In this document: piece after piece, positions 29,044 to 39,154 of the stretch | Layout: each line of letters opens with the position of its first letter | Numbering within the stretch: the first letter of the stretch is position 1 | DNA from: Candidatus Binatus sp. | GTDB taxonomy: Bacteria > Desulfobacterota > Binatia > Binatales > Binataceae | Reading direction: 5' to 3' | NCBI RefSeq assembly: GCF_030646925.1 | Contig: NZ_JAUSKL010000027.1 | Location: 1,119-65,118 of the forward strand | Length of the DNA: 64,000 nt | Program-made: the position numbers and the translations under genes | The notes under the pieces: model-generated | Databases searched by the model: none | Told to the model about the DNA's origin: nothing | The model's input: only the letters and a program-made list of their open reading frames with translations

Positions 29044-29685
29044 TCAGTTGCCGCCGCGCTGCATCGCGGCCATCGCTTCGCCCATTTCCGCGAGGCCTTT
29101 CTGCACGGATGGCCGGGTCTGCACGTGCTCCCACCAGGCCGCGAGGCGCGGGCGTCCCTCGAGGGCGGATTTGGCGCCGAAGGCCGGCAGCAGATTGGCG
29201 ACGAAGAACATGGTGGGTGCGATCGCGCAATCGGCGAGCGTAAAATCGGCGCCGCAGGCGAAGCCGCTCTCAGGCAGCATCCGATCGAGTTGATCGAGAC
29301 GGGTCGCGATTTCGGCGAGCTTGTCGGCGACCAGCTTTTGATCGCGCGTTTTGGGATTCATCTGCGGAAACAGCGCGCGCAGCGGCGGCTCGAGATAGAG
29401 GTCGTGGAAGCGGCTCATCACGCGGACTTTGGCGCGGGCTTCCGGCGATTTCGGCATCAAGGCGGGCGTCGGGTATTTCTCCTCGAGGTACTCATTGATG
29501 ACTTCGGACTCGAGGATGATGGCGCCGTCGGCGTCGAGGGTCGGGATTTTGCCGAGCGGATTGATCTTGAGGTATTCGGCTGAATGACTGTCCGTCGCGA
29601 CCATCTCGACGTTGAGGCCCTTTTCGTAAATCACGAGCCGTGATTTGGTCGCGAAGTTGGATAGATTCATATTGTAGAGCTTCAT
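29044..29685 (-). CDS. glutathione S-transferase
   Basis: 213 aa. GST N-domain KINPLGKIPTLDADGAIILESEVINEYLEE followed by a helical C-domain. Confidence 0.8.
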   Translation of the reverse strand: MKLYNMNLSNFATKSRLVIYEKGLNVEMVATDSHSAEYLKINPLGKIPTLDADGAIILESEVINEYLEEKYPTPALMPKSPEARAKVRVMSRFHDLYLEPPLRALFPQMNPKTRDQKLVADKLAEIATRLDQLDRMLPESGFACGADFTLADCAIAPTMFFVANLLPAFGAKSALEGRPRLAAWWEHVQTRPSVQKGLAEMGEAMAAMQRGGN

Positions 29686-29825
29686 AGCGTGACTCCTTTT
29701 ACTATCCGTGGAATTTCCTGCTTGAGATTGAACGAAGCGATCAGTCGCTTATCGCAAAGTGAGTCGCGATGCGCAAGACGCGCAGTCAATCCGGGCGCAA
29801 AGCGATCCTGCGCGACGATCGAAAG

Positions 29826-30875
29826 TTAGCGGCCGCCTTCGGTCTGCTTCATTACAAAGATCAGTGAATCGGCGAAGTCGTCGGGATGCTCGAGTTGGGG
29901 AAACGCCCCCGACGTTTTGAATACCACCGTTGCTGAACCGGGCAGCGCCGCATGCAGGGCTTCGCCCTCGGCGGCGGCGAAGAACGGACTCCTGGCGCCC
30001 CAGATGATGATCGTCAGGGTGTTAAAAATCTGGCCGATTTTCGAGCGGATGTGCGCCTCGTCGCGCGGCACCGAATTGAGCATGTCGGTCTGGGCCTGCA
30101 TGTCCCTGGCGAGCTCCATCATCATGCGTTCGTAGATCACTTCGGGCAGCGGCGGCAGGTCGAAGAGGCTCATCTGCGCCTGCGCGCGGATCGCTTCGAC
30201 GGTCGTCGGCAGCATGCCGGCGCGCAGCTTGTCAGCGCCGCGCTTGCCGGCGAGGCCTCCGCCGACGAGCACGATCCGTTCGACCTTGTCCGGATGATCG
30301 ACCGCATAGTAGAGCGCGACGTCGGCGCCGAGGTCGCTCGCGACTAGATTAATCTTGTCGATTTTGAGCGCGTCGATCATCTGGGCGACGGCGGCGGCCT
30401 GGTACGCGATCGAATAATTGACCTGCTTATGCTCCGAGGATCCGAAGCCCGGCAGATTCGGCGCCACGACCTTGAAGTGCGCCGACGCGACCAGCGGCAT
30501 CACTCCGCGCCAGACCAGCGCGGCGTTGGGTCCCAAGCCGTGAATCATCACGACCGGCTCCTGCTCCGCGTAGCCGCCAGTCACGAGATAAGTGATGAGG
30601 GTGTCTTTCAGCGCGAGGTCGTTTTGCACGACGCCGGACCATCCGAGGCGCGAGATTTGGATGAAGCGGAGCACATCGATCGGCCGCAGATAGATCGCGG
30701 CCGCCGCGATACCGAGAAAGACCGCGGCAATCGGGCCTGCGATATTGATCCAGGTGTGGCGGCGAACCTGAGGGGCGAGATTGTCGGCGCGAATCGCGGC
30801 TTCGCGCTGGGCCTTGAGCTTCTGCGCTTCGAGTTTCTGCGCTTCAGCGTCTTGCGATTCAGATGGTTCCGCCAC
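29826..30875 (-). CDS. membrane-anchored alpha/beta-fold hydrolase
   Basis: N-terminal TM segment WINIAGPIAAVFLGIAAAAIYL, then HGLGPNA and a nucleophile-elbow-like LVASDLGADVAL (Asp type). The C-terminus has FPQLEHPDDF. Confidence 0.65.
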   Translation of the reverse strand: MAEPSESQDAEAQKLEAQKLKAQREAAIRADNLAPQVRRHTWINIAGPIAAVFLGIAAAAIYLRPIDVLRFIQISRLGWSGVVQNDLALKDTLITYLVTGGYAEQEPVVMIHGLGPNAALVWRGVMPLVASAHFKVVAPNLPGFGSSEHKQVNYSIAYQAAAVAQMIDALKIDKINLVASDLGADVALYYAVDHPDKVERIVLVGGGLAGKRGADKLRAGMLPTTVEAIRAQAQMSLFDLPPLPEVIYERMMMELARDMQAQTDMLNSVPRDEAHIRSKIGQIFNTLTIIIWGARSPFFAAAEGEALHAALPGSATVVFKTSGAFPQLEHPDDFADSLIFVMKQTEGGR

Positions 30876-30889
30876 GAATCCTGATTATC

Positions 30890-31321
30890 CTATTTCGCCG
30901 GTGATGAGGTCGCATAAGGGGCAGCGGCGGTCGCGGCCGTGGCCGGCGAACTGTCCGGCGCGATGCTTCCCGACTCGGGCGACCCAGCCTTCGCCCTCAC
31001 GTGTGACGAACGATGTGCATGCTCCCGGGCGTCACGTTCCTTGATCAACTGCTCGAGATGATCCGCGACGCGATTGATTTCTCTGGTCGCTTCCTCGACG
31101 ACCTTGGTCGCATGGTCGGCTGCGGCAGTCGCCTTGTTGGCGGCTTCAAGTGCTTTGTTGGCGGCATCCTCAGCGCGGGATGCCGACGCCTGAGCTCGCG
31201 CGGCGGCGGCTTCGGCTTGCTCTGCTCGTTGCTCATCACGCGACGCGGCGCATCCCGCGATCGTCAAAGCGAGACCGGCTGCGAAGGCTATCGAGACTGC
31301 TTTGCGCGCGTATGGGTTCAT
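30890..31321 (-). CDS. Ala-rich lipoprotein
   Basis: Lipobox LTIAGC followed by an alanine-rich helical repeat region. Confidence 0.6.
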   Translation of the reverse strand: MNPYARKAVSIAFAAGLALTIAGCAASRDEQRAEQAEAAAARAQASASRAEDAANKALEAANKATAAADHATKVVEEATREINRVADHLEQLIKERDAREHAHRSSHVRAKAGSPESGSIAPDSSPATAATAAAPYATSSPAK

Positions 31322-31423
31322 CGAGTCGAGGTCTCCGATAGGTTGCAGGTCGCGCGATTTAACTGGCAGCCGCCGCGGGGAGCGATCACCCGCGACGGCA
31401 TCACAATAGCGATGAGCTAAACT

Positions 31424-32299
31424 CTAGCGCTGCGCGAAGGCCTCGACCGCGCGATTGTCGGGGAGCGGCGTATTATCGGCGCGGAGCGGCAGAATACAGA
31501 CGTGAGTGGCGCCCGCTTTGAGGTGAGCGTCGATTCGATCGCGAATCTTATCCTCGGCGCCCCACGCCACGATCGCATCGACGAGCCGATCGCTGCATCC
31601 GTTTTCGAATTCGCTGTCGGCCCATCCGAGCGCCTTGAGATTGTTGGTGTAGTTCGGCAGCCGCGGCACGTAGGTCTTCATGTAGGCGCGGGCCGCAGTG
31701 CGAGCCTTGGTCGCGTCGGTCTCGAGGATCACCGCTTGCGCCGCGCAGATCATCGCGGTGGGTCCAATTAGCGCGCGCGCCTTCGCGGTATGCTCCGGCG
31801 GCACGAAGTAGGTATGCGTGCCGTTGGCCTGCTCGGCACACAGCGCAAGCATCTTGGGATGGAGCGCCGCAAGCACGACCGGCACTTCCTTGGGCCCGCT
31901 TGGAACCCCATAGAGGGCGCCCTTCATCTTCGGCAGATAATCCTTCATGTAGCTGTAGGGCTTGTCGTAACTGTGCCCGCGCAGATTGGTGACCAGCGGT
32001 TTGTGGCTGACGCCAATTCCGAGCAGAAAGCGGCCGCCCGACTGTTCGGAGACGGTCTTCGAAGCGGACGACATCGTGATGGGATCGCGCGCATAGATGT
32101 TGGCGATACCAGTCGCGAGATTCAGCCGCTCGGTATGGCTCAGCAGATAGGCGGCGTGCGCGAATGGCTCGCGGCCGATCGCCTCGGGGATCCAGAGCGC
32201 CTTGTAGCCATTCTTTTCGACCATCTTCGCGAACGCGGCGGTGTCGGCCGCAGGCATCGCGTCGAGGAAGAACCATATTCCGACTTTTCCGATATCCAT
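31424..32299 (-). CDS. luciferase-like (LLM) flavin/F420-dependent oxidoreductase
   Basis: 291 aa. The layout MDIGKVGIWFF...LWIPEAIGREPF...GRFLLGIGVSH is typical of the LLM family. Confidence 0.75.
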   Translation of the reverse strand: MDIGKVGIWFFLDAMPAADTAAFAKMVEKNGYKALWIPEAIGREPFAHAAYLLSHTERLNLATGIANIYARDPITMSSASKTVSEQSGGRFLLGIGVSHKPLVTNLRGHSYDKPYSYMKDYLPKMKGALYGVPSGPKEVPVVLAALHPKMLALCAEQANGTHTYFVPPEHTAKARALIGPTAMICAAQAVILETDATKARTAARAYMKTYVPRLPNYTNNLKALGWADSEFENGCSDRLVDAIVAWGAEDKIRDRIDAHLKAGATHVCILPLRADNTPLPDNRAVEAFAQR

Positions 32300-32428
32300 G
32301 GAACAAGTAACTAACGCGCCGGCGATTTTCTAACAAGGGAAGTGATCTCGCGTTTTCATCTTTGGCGGGGTCGCGATAGGCTGGCGACTGCGTCGGATTC
32401 GCAAAATCGCAAAAGGTGATCGATCAAA

Positions 32429-33289
32429 ATGAAGCTCGGCTTGATGTTTGTAAATTCGGGACCGTTCTCCAATCCAACTTTGCTCGCTCATCTCGCGACC
32501 ACGGCGGAGCGATGCGGTATCGAGTCGTTGTGGACCGTCGAGCACGTCGTGATTCCGGAGAACTATCAGTCGCCGTATCCGTATTCGTCGAGCGGCAAAA
32601 TTCCCGGCGGTGAGGACGTCTCGATACCGGACCCGCTGCTGCCGCTGACCTTCATCGCGGCGATAACGAAGAAGGTGAAGCTCGCGACCGGCGTGCTGAT
32701 TCTCCCGCAGCGTCATCCTTTGTATGTGGCCAAGGAGTTGGCGACGCTCGACACACTATCGAACGGGCGCGCGATCCTGGGAATCGGCAGCGGATGGCTC
32801 AAGGAAGAATTCGATTCGCTGGGGCTCGATTTCCATACGCGGGGTGCGCGGACTGACGAATCGATCAAGGCGATGCGCGCGTTATGGAGTGAGGGATCGT
32901 CGTCGTTTCATGGCAAACATTTCAATTTCGGTCCCGTGAAGTGTTATCCGAAGCCAATCCAGAAAGGCGGCGTGCCGATCCACATCGGCGGGCATTCGAC
33001 GGCGGCGGCGAAGCGCGCCGGTCGCTACGGTGACGGCTTTTTTCCAGCGCTCGGCGAGATACCCAAGCTCAAGGATCTGTTCGCGATCATGAAGGCGGAG
33101 GCCGAGAAGGCGGGGCGCAATCCGGCATCGATCGAACTGTCGTGCATGGGGCGTCCGCGCGTCGATGACTTGAAGGCGCTGCAGGACATCGGGATTTCGC
33201 GCGTCGTGATCGCGCCGCCGGCATTCGACGCAGACGGACTCACGCGCGGCCTCGAAAAACTTCAGAACGAAGTGATCGCGAAAATTTGA
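32429..33289 (+). CDS. luciferase-like (LLM) flavin/F420-dependent oxidoreductase
   Basis: 286 aa. MKLGLMFVNSGPF...ESLWTVEHVVIP...GRAILGIGSGWLKEEF. Confidence 0.75.
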   Translation: MKLGLMFVNSGPFSNPTLLAHLATTAERCGIESLWTVEHVVIPENYQSPYPYSSSGKIPGGEDVSIPDPLLPLTFIAAITKKVKLATGVLILPQRHPLYVAKELATLDTLSNGRAILGIGSGWLKEEFDSLGLDFHTRGARTDESIKAMRALWSEGSSSFHGKHFNFGPVKCYPKPIQKGGVPIHIGGHSTAAAKRAGRYGDGFFPALGEIPKLKDLFAIMKAEAEKAGRNPASIELSCMGRPRVDDLKALQDIGISRVVIAPPAFDADGLTRGLEKLQNEVIAKI

Positions 33290-33348
33290 AAATCGAGCTG
33301 CGCGCGCTCGATTATCGTCATGACTAAAACGCCAGAGGCACGAATGCC

Positions 33349-34149
33349 GTGAAGGATGAAAAGTCGGCTGACCCGTTGATCGTTCGCCACGAAGCCCCGC
33401 TCGGATGGTTGGTGCTCAACCGCCCGCACGTTCGCAACGCGCTCAATCTTAAGAGTTGGCAGCGAATTGCGGAAGGCGTCGCGGAACTTGCGAGCGACGA
33501 CGCGGTGCGCGTGATCATCATGCGCGGCGCGACGCCCGAGGCGTTTATTGCCGGCGCGGACATCTCGGAGTTTCCCGCGATGCGCGCGGACGCCGGCCAG
33601 GCGCGCGCCTATCGCGATGCGCCGAACAATGCGATCGCCGCGATGGTCGAATGCCGCAAGCCGATCGTCGCGATGATTTCTGGCGTTTGTATCGGCGGCG
33701 GCGTGCAGGTTGCGCTCGCCTGCGATATCCGGATTGCCGCGCGCGGCACCCGCATGGGAGTCCCGGCGGCGCGCCTCGGACTGGCGTATCCGCTCGACGG
33801 CGTCGTGATGCTGACGCAGACAGTCGGTCCCGCCAACGCGCGCGATATCCTGCTGTCGGCGCGGCTGTTCGACGCTGAAGAGGCGTTGCACATGGGCCTT
33901 ATCAACCGCCTGGTCGATGGGAATTCGCTCGAGGAAAATGTCCGCGACTACGCGCTCAAGATGGCGACCAACGCGCCACTCACGATGGCGGCGGCCAAGG
34001 TCGCGATTCGCGAGAGCCTGAAGGATCGCGAAGAGCGCGATTCGAAGATCGTCTCGACGATGGTCGCGCGATGCTTCGACAGCGACGATTATCGCGAAGG
34101 CGTGCGCGCGTTCCTGGAGAAGCGGCGCCCCACTTTTGCCGGTCGCTAA
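33349..34149 (+). CDS. enoyl-CoA hydratase/isomerase (crotonase family)
   Basis: LNRPHVRNALN...FIAGADISEF...PIVAMISGVCIGGGVQVALACDIRIAA...EGVRAFLEKRRP. Confidence 0.85.
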   Translation: MKDEKSADPLIVRHEAPLGWLVLNRPHVRNALNLKSWQRIAEGVAELASDDAVRVIIMRGATPEAFIAGADISEFPAMRADAGQARAYRDAPNNAIAAMVECRKPIVAMISGVCIGGGVQVALACDIRIAARGTRMGVPAARLGLAYPLDGVVMLTQTVGPANARDILLSARLFDAEEALHMGLINRLVDGNSLEENVRDYALKMATNAPLTMAAAKVAIRESLKDREERDSKIVSTMVARCFDSDDYREGVRAFLEKRRPTFAGR

Positions 34150-34346
34150 GCCGGTACCATCGCGCCTCAGACCAGCGGATGATTGCGACTGCATGCAGCG
34201 CTGAAGCTGCGTCGTGGTCGCGACGAAACCGTGTGTGGACGGCGATGCTGCGCTGGCATCGCGATTGCACTCCACTTCGGACGCGATCAACGCGGCGAGA
34301 TGTCGGCGATCGAACGATGAAAAAATACTGACAAGGAAGTGAGCCG

Positions 34347-35540
34347 ATGGCCGCTGAAATCAACTTCAATCCGTGGGATCCGTCGTTTCGCGCCTTTCCA
34401 TATCCGTTCTACAAGCAACTGATCGCGGGGCCGCCGCGATTAATCGATCTGTTCGGCCCGACGGCGCTGATCGCGCGCTTCGCCGACGTAACCGCGGTGT
34501 TGAAAGATCAACAGCGATTTTCCAGCACTCAATTGCGCTCGCCCGACATGGTCGCCGAAGGTCCGTTCGCCGGCGCGACCACGATGCTGTTTGCCGATCC
34601 GCCGGTGCATACGCGGCTTCGCCGCCTGGTGTCGCGCGACTTCACCCCGCGGCGGATTCGCGAGATGGAACCGCGCATCCGCGAGATCGCGGCCAAGCTG
34701 CTCGATGACGTCGAGCGCAAGGGCGAACTCGAGGTGATGGCCGACGTCGCGAATGCGCTGCCGGTGATGGTGATCGCGGAGATGCTCGGAATCCCCAGCG
34801 AGTTGTATTCGCAGTTCAAGCACTGGTCGGACGCGGTGATCTCAGGTGGCGCGGTGTTGCCCGGAATGCCGCTGCCGGAAGACGTCAAGCAGGCGACCAA
34901 CGAATTGCGCAGCTACCTCGCCGAGCAAATCGTGCTGCGGCGGAGCGCGCCGGGCGCCGATCTGATCAGCGCGCTGGTTGCGGCGCACGATGACGGGGAA
35001 TCGTTGGCGGCGGACGAGTTGCTCGCGTTCGCGGTGTTGCTGCTGCTCGCCGGCAACGAAACAACGACCAATCTGATCGGCAACGGGATGCTCGCGCTCG
35101 GGCGCAATCCCGCGCAGATGGATCTTTTGCGGCGAAGCCCCGAGCTGATGCCGCGCGCGATCGAGGAAATCCTGCGCTTCGACGGGCCGGTGCAATCGAC
35201 TACGCGTCGCGCGCTGGTGGACGCCGACGTCGGCGGCACCATGATTGCCGCCGGCACGGGATGCTTCGTCATCCTCGCGGCGGCGAATCACGATCCGGCG
35301 CAATTCGACGATCCCGATCGTTTCGATATCACGCGCGAGCCCAAGGACCACGTCGCGTTCGGCGACGGTATCCACTTCTGTATCGGCGCGCCGCTCGCGC
35401 GGCTCGAAGGTGCGATCGCGATCGGCGCGATGCTCGATCGATTTCCGCGGCTCAGGCTGAAGAATCCCGACGCGCCGCTCGCTTACAAGGGTTCGTATTT
35501 TCTGCGCGGACTCGCGGGTCTGCCGATGTCTATAGATTGA
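34347..35540 (+). CDS. cytochrome P450
   Basis: I-helix LLLAGNETTTN, EILRFD (ExxR) and the heme loop FGDGIHFCIGAPLARLE. Confidence 0.9.
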   Translation: MAAEINFNPWDPSFRAFPYPFYKQLIAGPPRLIDLFGPTALIARFADVTAVLKDQQRFSSTQLRSPDMVAEGPFAGATTMLFADPPVHTRLRRLVSRDFTPRRIREMEPRIREIAAKLLDDVERKGELEVMADVANALPVMVIAEMLGIPSELYSQFKHWSDAVISGGAVLPGMPLPEDVKQATNELRSYLAEQIVLRRSAPGADLISALVAAHDDGESLAADELLAFAVLLLLAGNETTTNLIGNGMLALGRNPAQMDLLRRSPELMPRAIEEILRFDGPVQSTTRRALVDADVGGTMIAAGTGCFVILAAANHDPAQFDDPDRFDITREPKDHVAFGDGIHFCIGAPLARLEGAIAIGAMLDRFPRLRLKNPDAPLAYKGSYFLRGLAGLPMSID

Positions 35541-35572
35541 TCTAGCGACTGAACTCGCGGTGGAGAATTCGC

Positions 35573-36775
35573 ATGGCTGAAGCCTCGCAAATTTATTTCA
35601 ATCCGTGGGATCCCGAGTTTCGCGCGAATCCTTATCCGCACTACGCGGCGCTCCACGGCGGGCCTCCATCGAAACTGGTGTTCGGTCCCGTGACTCTCGC
35701 GTTGATTGGGCGCTATGCCGACGCGACCGCGGTGCTGCGCGATCACGAACGGTTTTCGAGCGTCGGGCCGCCCCCCCCGCCGGAGGCGTACCAGGGCCGC
35801 TTCCTTGGCGCGAGAAACATGCTCGGTTCCGATCCGCCGCGTCATTCGCGCCTGCGGCGTCTCGTGTCGCGCGATTTCACGCCGCGGCGAATCCGCGAGC
35901 TCGAGCCGCATATTCGGCAGATTGCGTCCGATCTGCTCGATCAGGCCGAGGCCCGCGGCGAGTTCGACCTGATGGCCGATTTCGCCAACGTGCTGCCAGT
36001 CAAGGTGATCGCGCACATGCTGGGCGTGCCACCCGAGCTGAACGCAACTTTCAAGAAATGGTCGGACATTTTGATCGAAGGCGGCAACAACGTGCCGGGA
36101 CAGCCGCCGCCTCCGCAGGTGATCGCGGCGGTCGATGAAATCGGCGAATACTTCACCACGGAGATCGAGCGTCGCCGCAAAACTCCGGGTGCCGATCTCG
36201 TAAGCGCGCTGATCGCCGCTCATGACGAAGGCGAGGTGCTGTCGTCGGCGGATCTGCTGAGCTTCGTGACGCTGCTGCTCGTCGCGGGCAACGAGACTAC
36301 GACCAACCTGATCGGCAACGGGATGCTCGCGCTCGGGCGCAATCCGGAGCAGTTCGCGAAGCTGAAGCGCGCGCCTGAGCTATTGCCCAGCGCGATCGAG
36401 GAGATGCTGCGTTACGACGGGCCGGTGCAATCCACCGCGCGTTTTCCAAAGGCTGCGGTTGAAGTTGGCGGCACGGAAATTCCCGCGGGCGCAATCACGC
36501 TGGTGGTAATCGCCGCGGCGAATCGGGATCCGGCGCAGTTCAAGGATCCGGAGCGCTTCGATATCGCGCGCCATCCGAACGATCACCTGGCGTTCGGCGA
36601 AGGAATTCACTTCTGCATCGGCGCGCCGCTCGCAAGGATGGAAGCGGCGGTGGCGTTCGAATCGATGCTCGCGCGGTTTCCGCGCCTCGATTTGAAAGAT
36701 CCCGCGTTCAAGCCGGCCTACAAAGGCTCTTACTTTCTGCGCGGGCTTGGCTCGCTGCCGATGGCGATAAATTAA
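35573..36775 (+). CDS. cytochrome P450 (tandem paralogue)
   Basis: LLVAGNETTTN, EMLRYD and FGEGIHFCIGAPLARME. It is collinear with the upstream P450 over its whole length. Confidence 0.9.
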   Translation: MAEASQIYFNPWDPEFRANPYPHYAALHGGPPSKLVFGPVTLALIGRYADATAVLRDHERFSSVGPPPPPEAYQGRFLGARNMLGSDPPRHSRLRRLVSRDFTPRRIRELEPHIRQIASDLLDQAEARGEFDLMADFANVLPVKVIAHMLGVPPELNATFKKWSDILIEGGNNVPGQPPPPQVIAAVDEIGEYFTTEIERRRKTPGADLVSALIAAHDEGEVLSSADLLSFVTLLLVAGNETTTNLIGNGMLALGRNPEQFAKLKRAPELLPSAIEEMLRYDGPVQSTARFPKAAVEVGGTEIPAGAITLVVIAAANRDPAQFKDPERFDIARHPNDHLAFGEGIHFCIGAPLARMEAAVAFESMLARFPRLDLKDPAFKPAYKGSYFLRGLGSLPMAIN

Positions 36776-36824
36776 GGCGAAACCATTTGGCGGCGAGAAC
36801 ATCCAAGGGATTGGGGAAGCAGTA

Positions 36825-38159
36825 GTGATCGAGCCGGCCTCCGCGATTCGGACTGAACCTGAGATAGCTGCGCCGGACGCGCCTGCGCGCCACAGCGTGC
36901 ATCTCGGGCTGTTCGGCCGCACGCCGCCATTCACCTCGCGGCAGCGGCGCGTGTTTACGATCGCGACCACCGCCGGATTTTTCGATCAATACGATCGCGC
37001 GCTGCTCAGTATCGCGCTCAAGCAGATTCAAGCGGGACTCAAGATCGCGGAATCGCAGATCGGCACGATGCTCGCGGTCATCCGCATCGGCTACATCCTG
37101 TCGCTGCTGCTGACGCCGCTCGCCGATGTTTTCGGACGCCGCCGCCTACTGCTCTATACGGTCGTCGGCTACACGATATTCACCGGACTCAGCGCGATCG
37201 CGCCCGGCGAGAAGACCTTCGTCCTGTACCAAATCCTGGCGCGCGCGTTCGCCGGCGCCGAAGCGGCAGTCGCGCTCGTGATTCTGGCCGAGGAAGTGGA
37301 CGCGGCGCATCGCGGATGGGCGATCGGATTGCTCGGCGGCATCTCGTCGGCGGGCTATGGGCTCGCGGCGATCGTGTTCGCATTCATCAACGTGATGCCC
37401 TACGGATGGCGCGGCTTGTATGCGATCGCGTTGGTGCCGCTGGCGCTGCTGATTCCGCTGCGGCGCGTATTGCCGGAGAGTGCGCGCTTCGAGAAGGAAC
37501 AAAGCGAAGGCACCGGCTCGGTCAAAGTTTGGGAGCCGCTGGTGCAGCTATACAGCGCGTATCCGAAGCGCCTCCTGATGATGCTCTCGGTGATGTTCCT
37601 CGCCTCGATGGGCGGCAACGCGGCGGGATTTCTGTTTCCGAAATTCCTGCAGGAAGCGCACGGATGGACGCCGGGGAACGTCTCGTCGCTGTTCTTATTC
37701 GGCGGCGCGCTAAGCGTGATGGGATCGATTGTTGCGGGGCGACTCAGCGATCGTTTGGGACGCCGCGTGATGGGCACCACGTTCCTGTTCGTCGCGCCGC
37801 TGCTGACGATCTGGATGTACACGGCGCCGGGATTCACGATCGTGCCGGTGTGGATTCTGGAGGTATTTTTCGATATCGCGGCGGGCACGATCATGAGTGC
37901 ATACAGCGCCGAGATGTTCCCCACTTCGTATCGCTCGACGGCTGGCAGCGCACTCGCGGTCGCGGGCACGACTGGCGGTGCGATCGGACTGTTCCTCGAA
38001 GGCGTGCTCTTCAACTTCACCGGCTCGCACGCGCGATCGGTCTGTTACTTGACGGTCTTCTGGCTGATCGCGCCGGCGATCATGTGGTTTTTTCCTGAGA
38101 CCTCGGGCCGCGAACTCGAAGAGATCTCACCTGAAACCGGTCATCACGCAGCGCTGTGA
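36825..38159 (+). CDS. MFS transporter
   Basis: 444 aa with about 12 hydrophobic segments and an MFS loop motif LADVFGRRRLL. GTG start. Confidence 0.75.
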   Translation: MIEPASAIRTEPEIAAPDAPARHSVHLGLFGRTPPFTSRQRRVFTIATTAGFFDQYDRALLSIALKQIQAGLKIAESQIGTMLAVIRIGYILSLLLTPLADVFGRRRLLLYTVVGYTIFTGLSAIAPGEKTFVLYQILARAFAGAEAAVALVILAEEVDAAHRGWAIGLLGGISSAGYGLAAIVFAFINVMPYGWRGLYAIALVPLALLIPLRRVLPESARFEKEQSEGTGSVKVWEPLVQLYSAYPKRLLMMLSVMFLASMGGNAAGFLFPKFLQEAHGWTPGNVSSLFLFGGALSVMGSIVAGRLSDRLGRRVMGTTFLFVAPLLTIWMYTAPGFTIVPVWILEVFFDIAAGTIMSAYSAEMFPTSYRSTAGSALAVAGTTGGAIGLFLEGVLFNFTGSHARSVCYLTVFWLIAPAIMWFFPETSGRELEEISPETGHHAAL

Positions 38160-38186
38160 ATGCGCGGTCTGAGCGCAGGCTCGTCC

Positions 38187-38263
38187 TATACCTCGCCCGC
38201 TTGGTTGCGGGAGAGGTCGCCGAAACCGAACGTAGTGAGGGATCGGCGGGCGAGGGTGCAGGA
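38187..38263 (+). repeat. 77-nt structured intergenic repeat, copy A (further short repeat modules up to about 38400)
   Basis: TATACCTCGCCCGC-loop-TGCGGGAGAGGTCGCCGAAACCGAACGTAGTGAGGGATCGGCGGGCGAGGGTGCAGGA, about 88 % identical to 59818..59894. The 5' arm CCTCGCCCGC can pair with either GCGGGAGAGG or the distal GCGGGCGAGG. Confidence 0.8.
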
Positions 38264-38484
38264 TCGCAAGCATGGAGATCCCTCGACTCCGGCAGCGTCC
38301 GCTCGGGATGATGGAAAAGAATGACAGATAAAAGATCCGGGATTCTTCGCCTGCGCAGCCTTCGGCTCAGAATGACAAAGGTGAGCGGTGAATCTTTGCC
38401 GGGAGTACTCTTCGCCTGCTACCACCTACTCGCCCGACAGGTTAATCTGCTCGCTATCTTGATGATGACTAGTCTGGCCGGCAC

Positions 38485-38955
38485 TTGAACCCTCGCTCGC
38501 GCACCAGACCAGGCTCGCTGACGTTGGTGCTCGCGATCGTCGCGATTCTCGGATGCGCCCGCGGGCCGTGCGTCGCGATCATCGCGCCGGACGGCAGGAC
38601 TCGCGCGACGGTTCGAGTCGAGGTGGCGGACACCAATTCGAAGCGCGAGATCGGCCTGATGTATCGCAAGAGCATGGACGCCGACGCGGGCATGATCTTC
38701 ATCTTCAAGTCGCCGAGCAATCTGAGATTCTGGATGCATAACACCGAGCTTCCGCTCGACATGATATTTGCGGATGCGAGCTTGCGCGTCGTCGGAATCG
38801 TCGCGAATGCGCAGCCGTTCTCCGAGACGCTGCTCGGCGTCGAGAGCGATTCGCAGTACGTGCTGGAAGTGAATGCCGGATTCTGCGCCCGCCACGGAAT
38901 CAAAGCCGGCGACCGTCTGGATTTCTTGGGATTCGCGAATCGCGCGATCGACTAG
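38485..38955 (+). CDS. DUF192-family protein
   Basis: EIGLMYRKSMDADAGMIFIF...FWMHNTELPLDMIFAD...YVLEVNAGFCARHGIKAGD is the DUF192 (COG1430) pattern. Confidence 0.75.
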   Translation: MNPRSRTRPGSLTLVLAIVAILGCARGPCVAIIAPDGRTRATVRVEVADTNSKREIGLMYRKSMDADAGMIFIFKSPSNLRFWMHNTELPLDMIFADASLRVVGIVANAQPFSETLLGVESDSQYVLEVNAGFCARHGIKAGDRLDFLGFANRAID

Positions 38956-39154
38956 CGTCGGCGCATGGCGCCCGAAATACGCAGAGCACCTTGCGCGGCA
39001 GCATAGTGGGCCCGGCCGGGATTGCGACTCTCCGCAGCGGACGCTTTAATGCGCGCGTAACATACGATATCTATCTTGCCGGTGGCGCGGGGACCGGATT
39101 GTCCGTGCCACTTTGCTTGTTGACCTGATTACCCTGGTAGCGCGGTCTGGATAA

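Noticed and set aside
38186-38425. 79-aa ORF (and the 96-aa ORF 59817..60107) sharing a C-terminal peptide
   Set aside because: The shared peptide is the translation of a repeated non-coding element. The ORFs have no start context and differ elsewhere.
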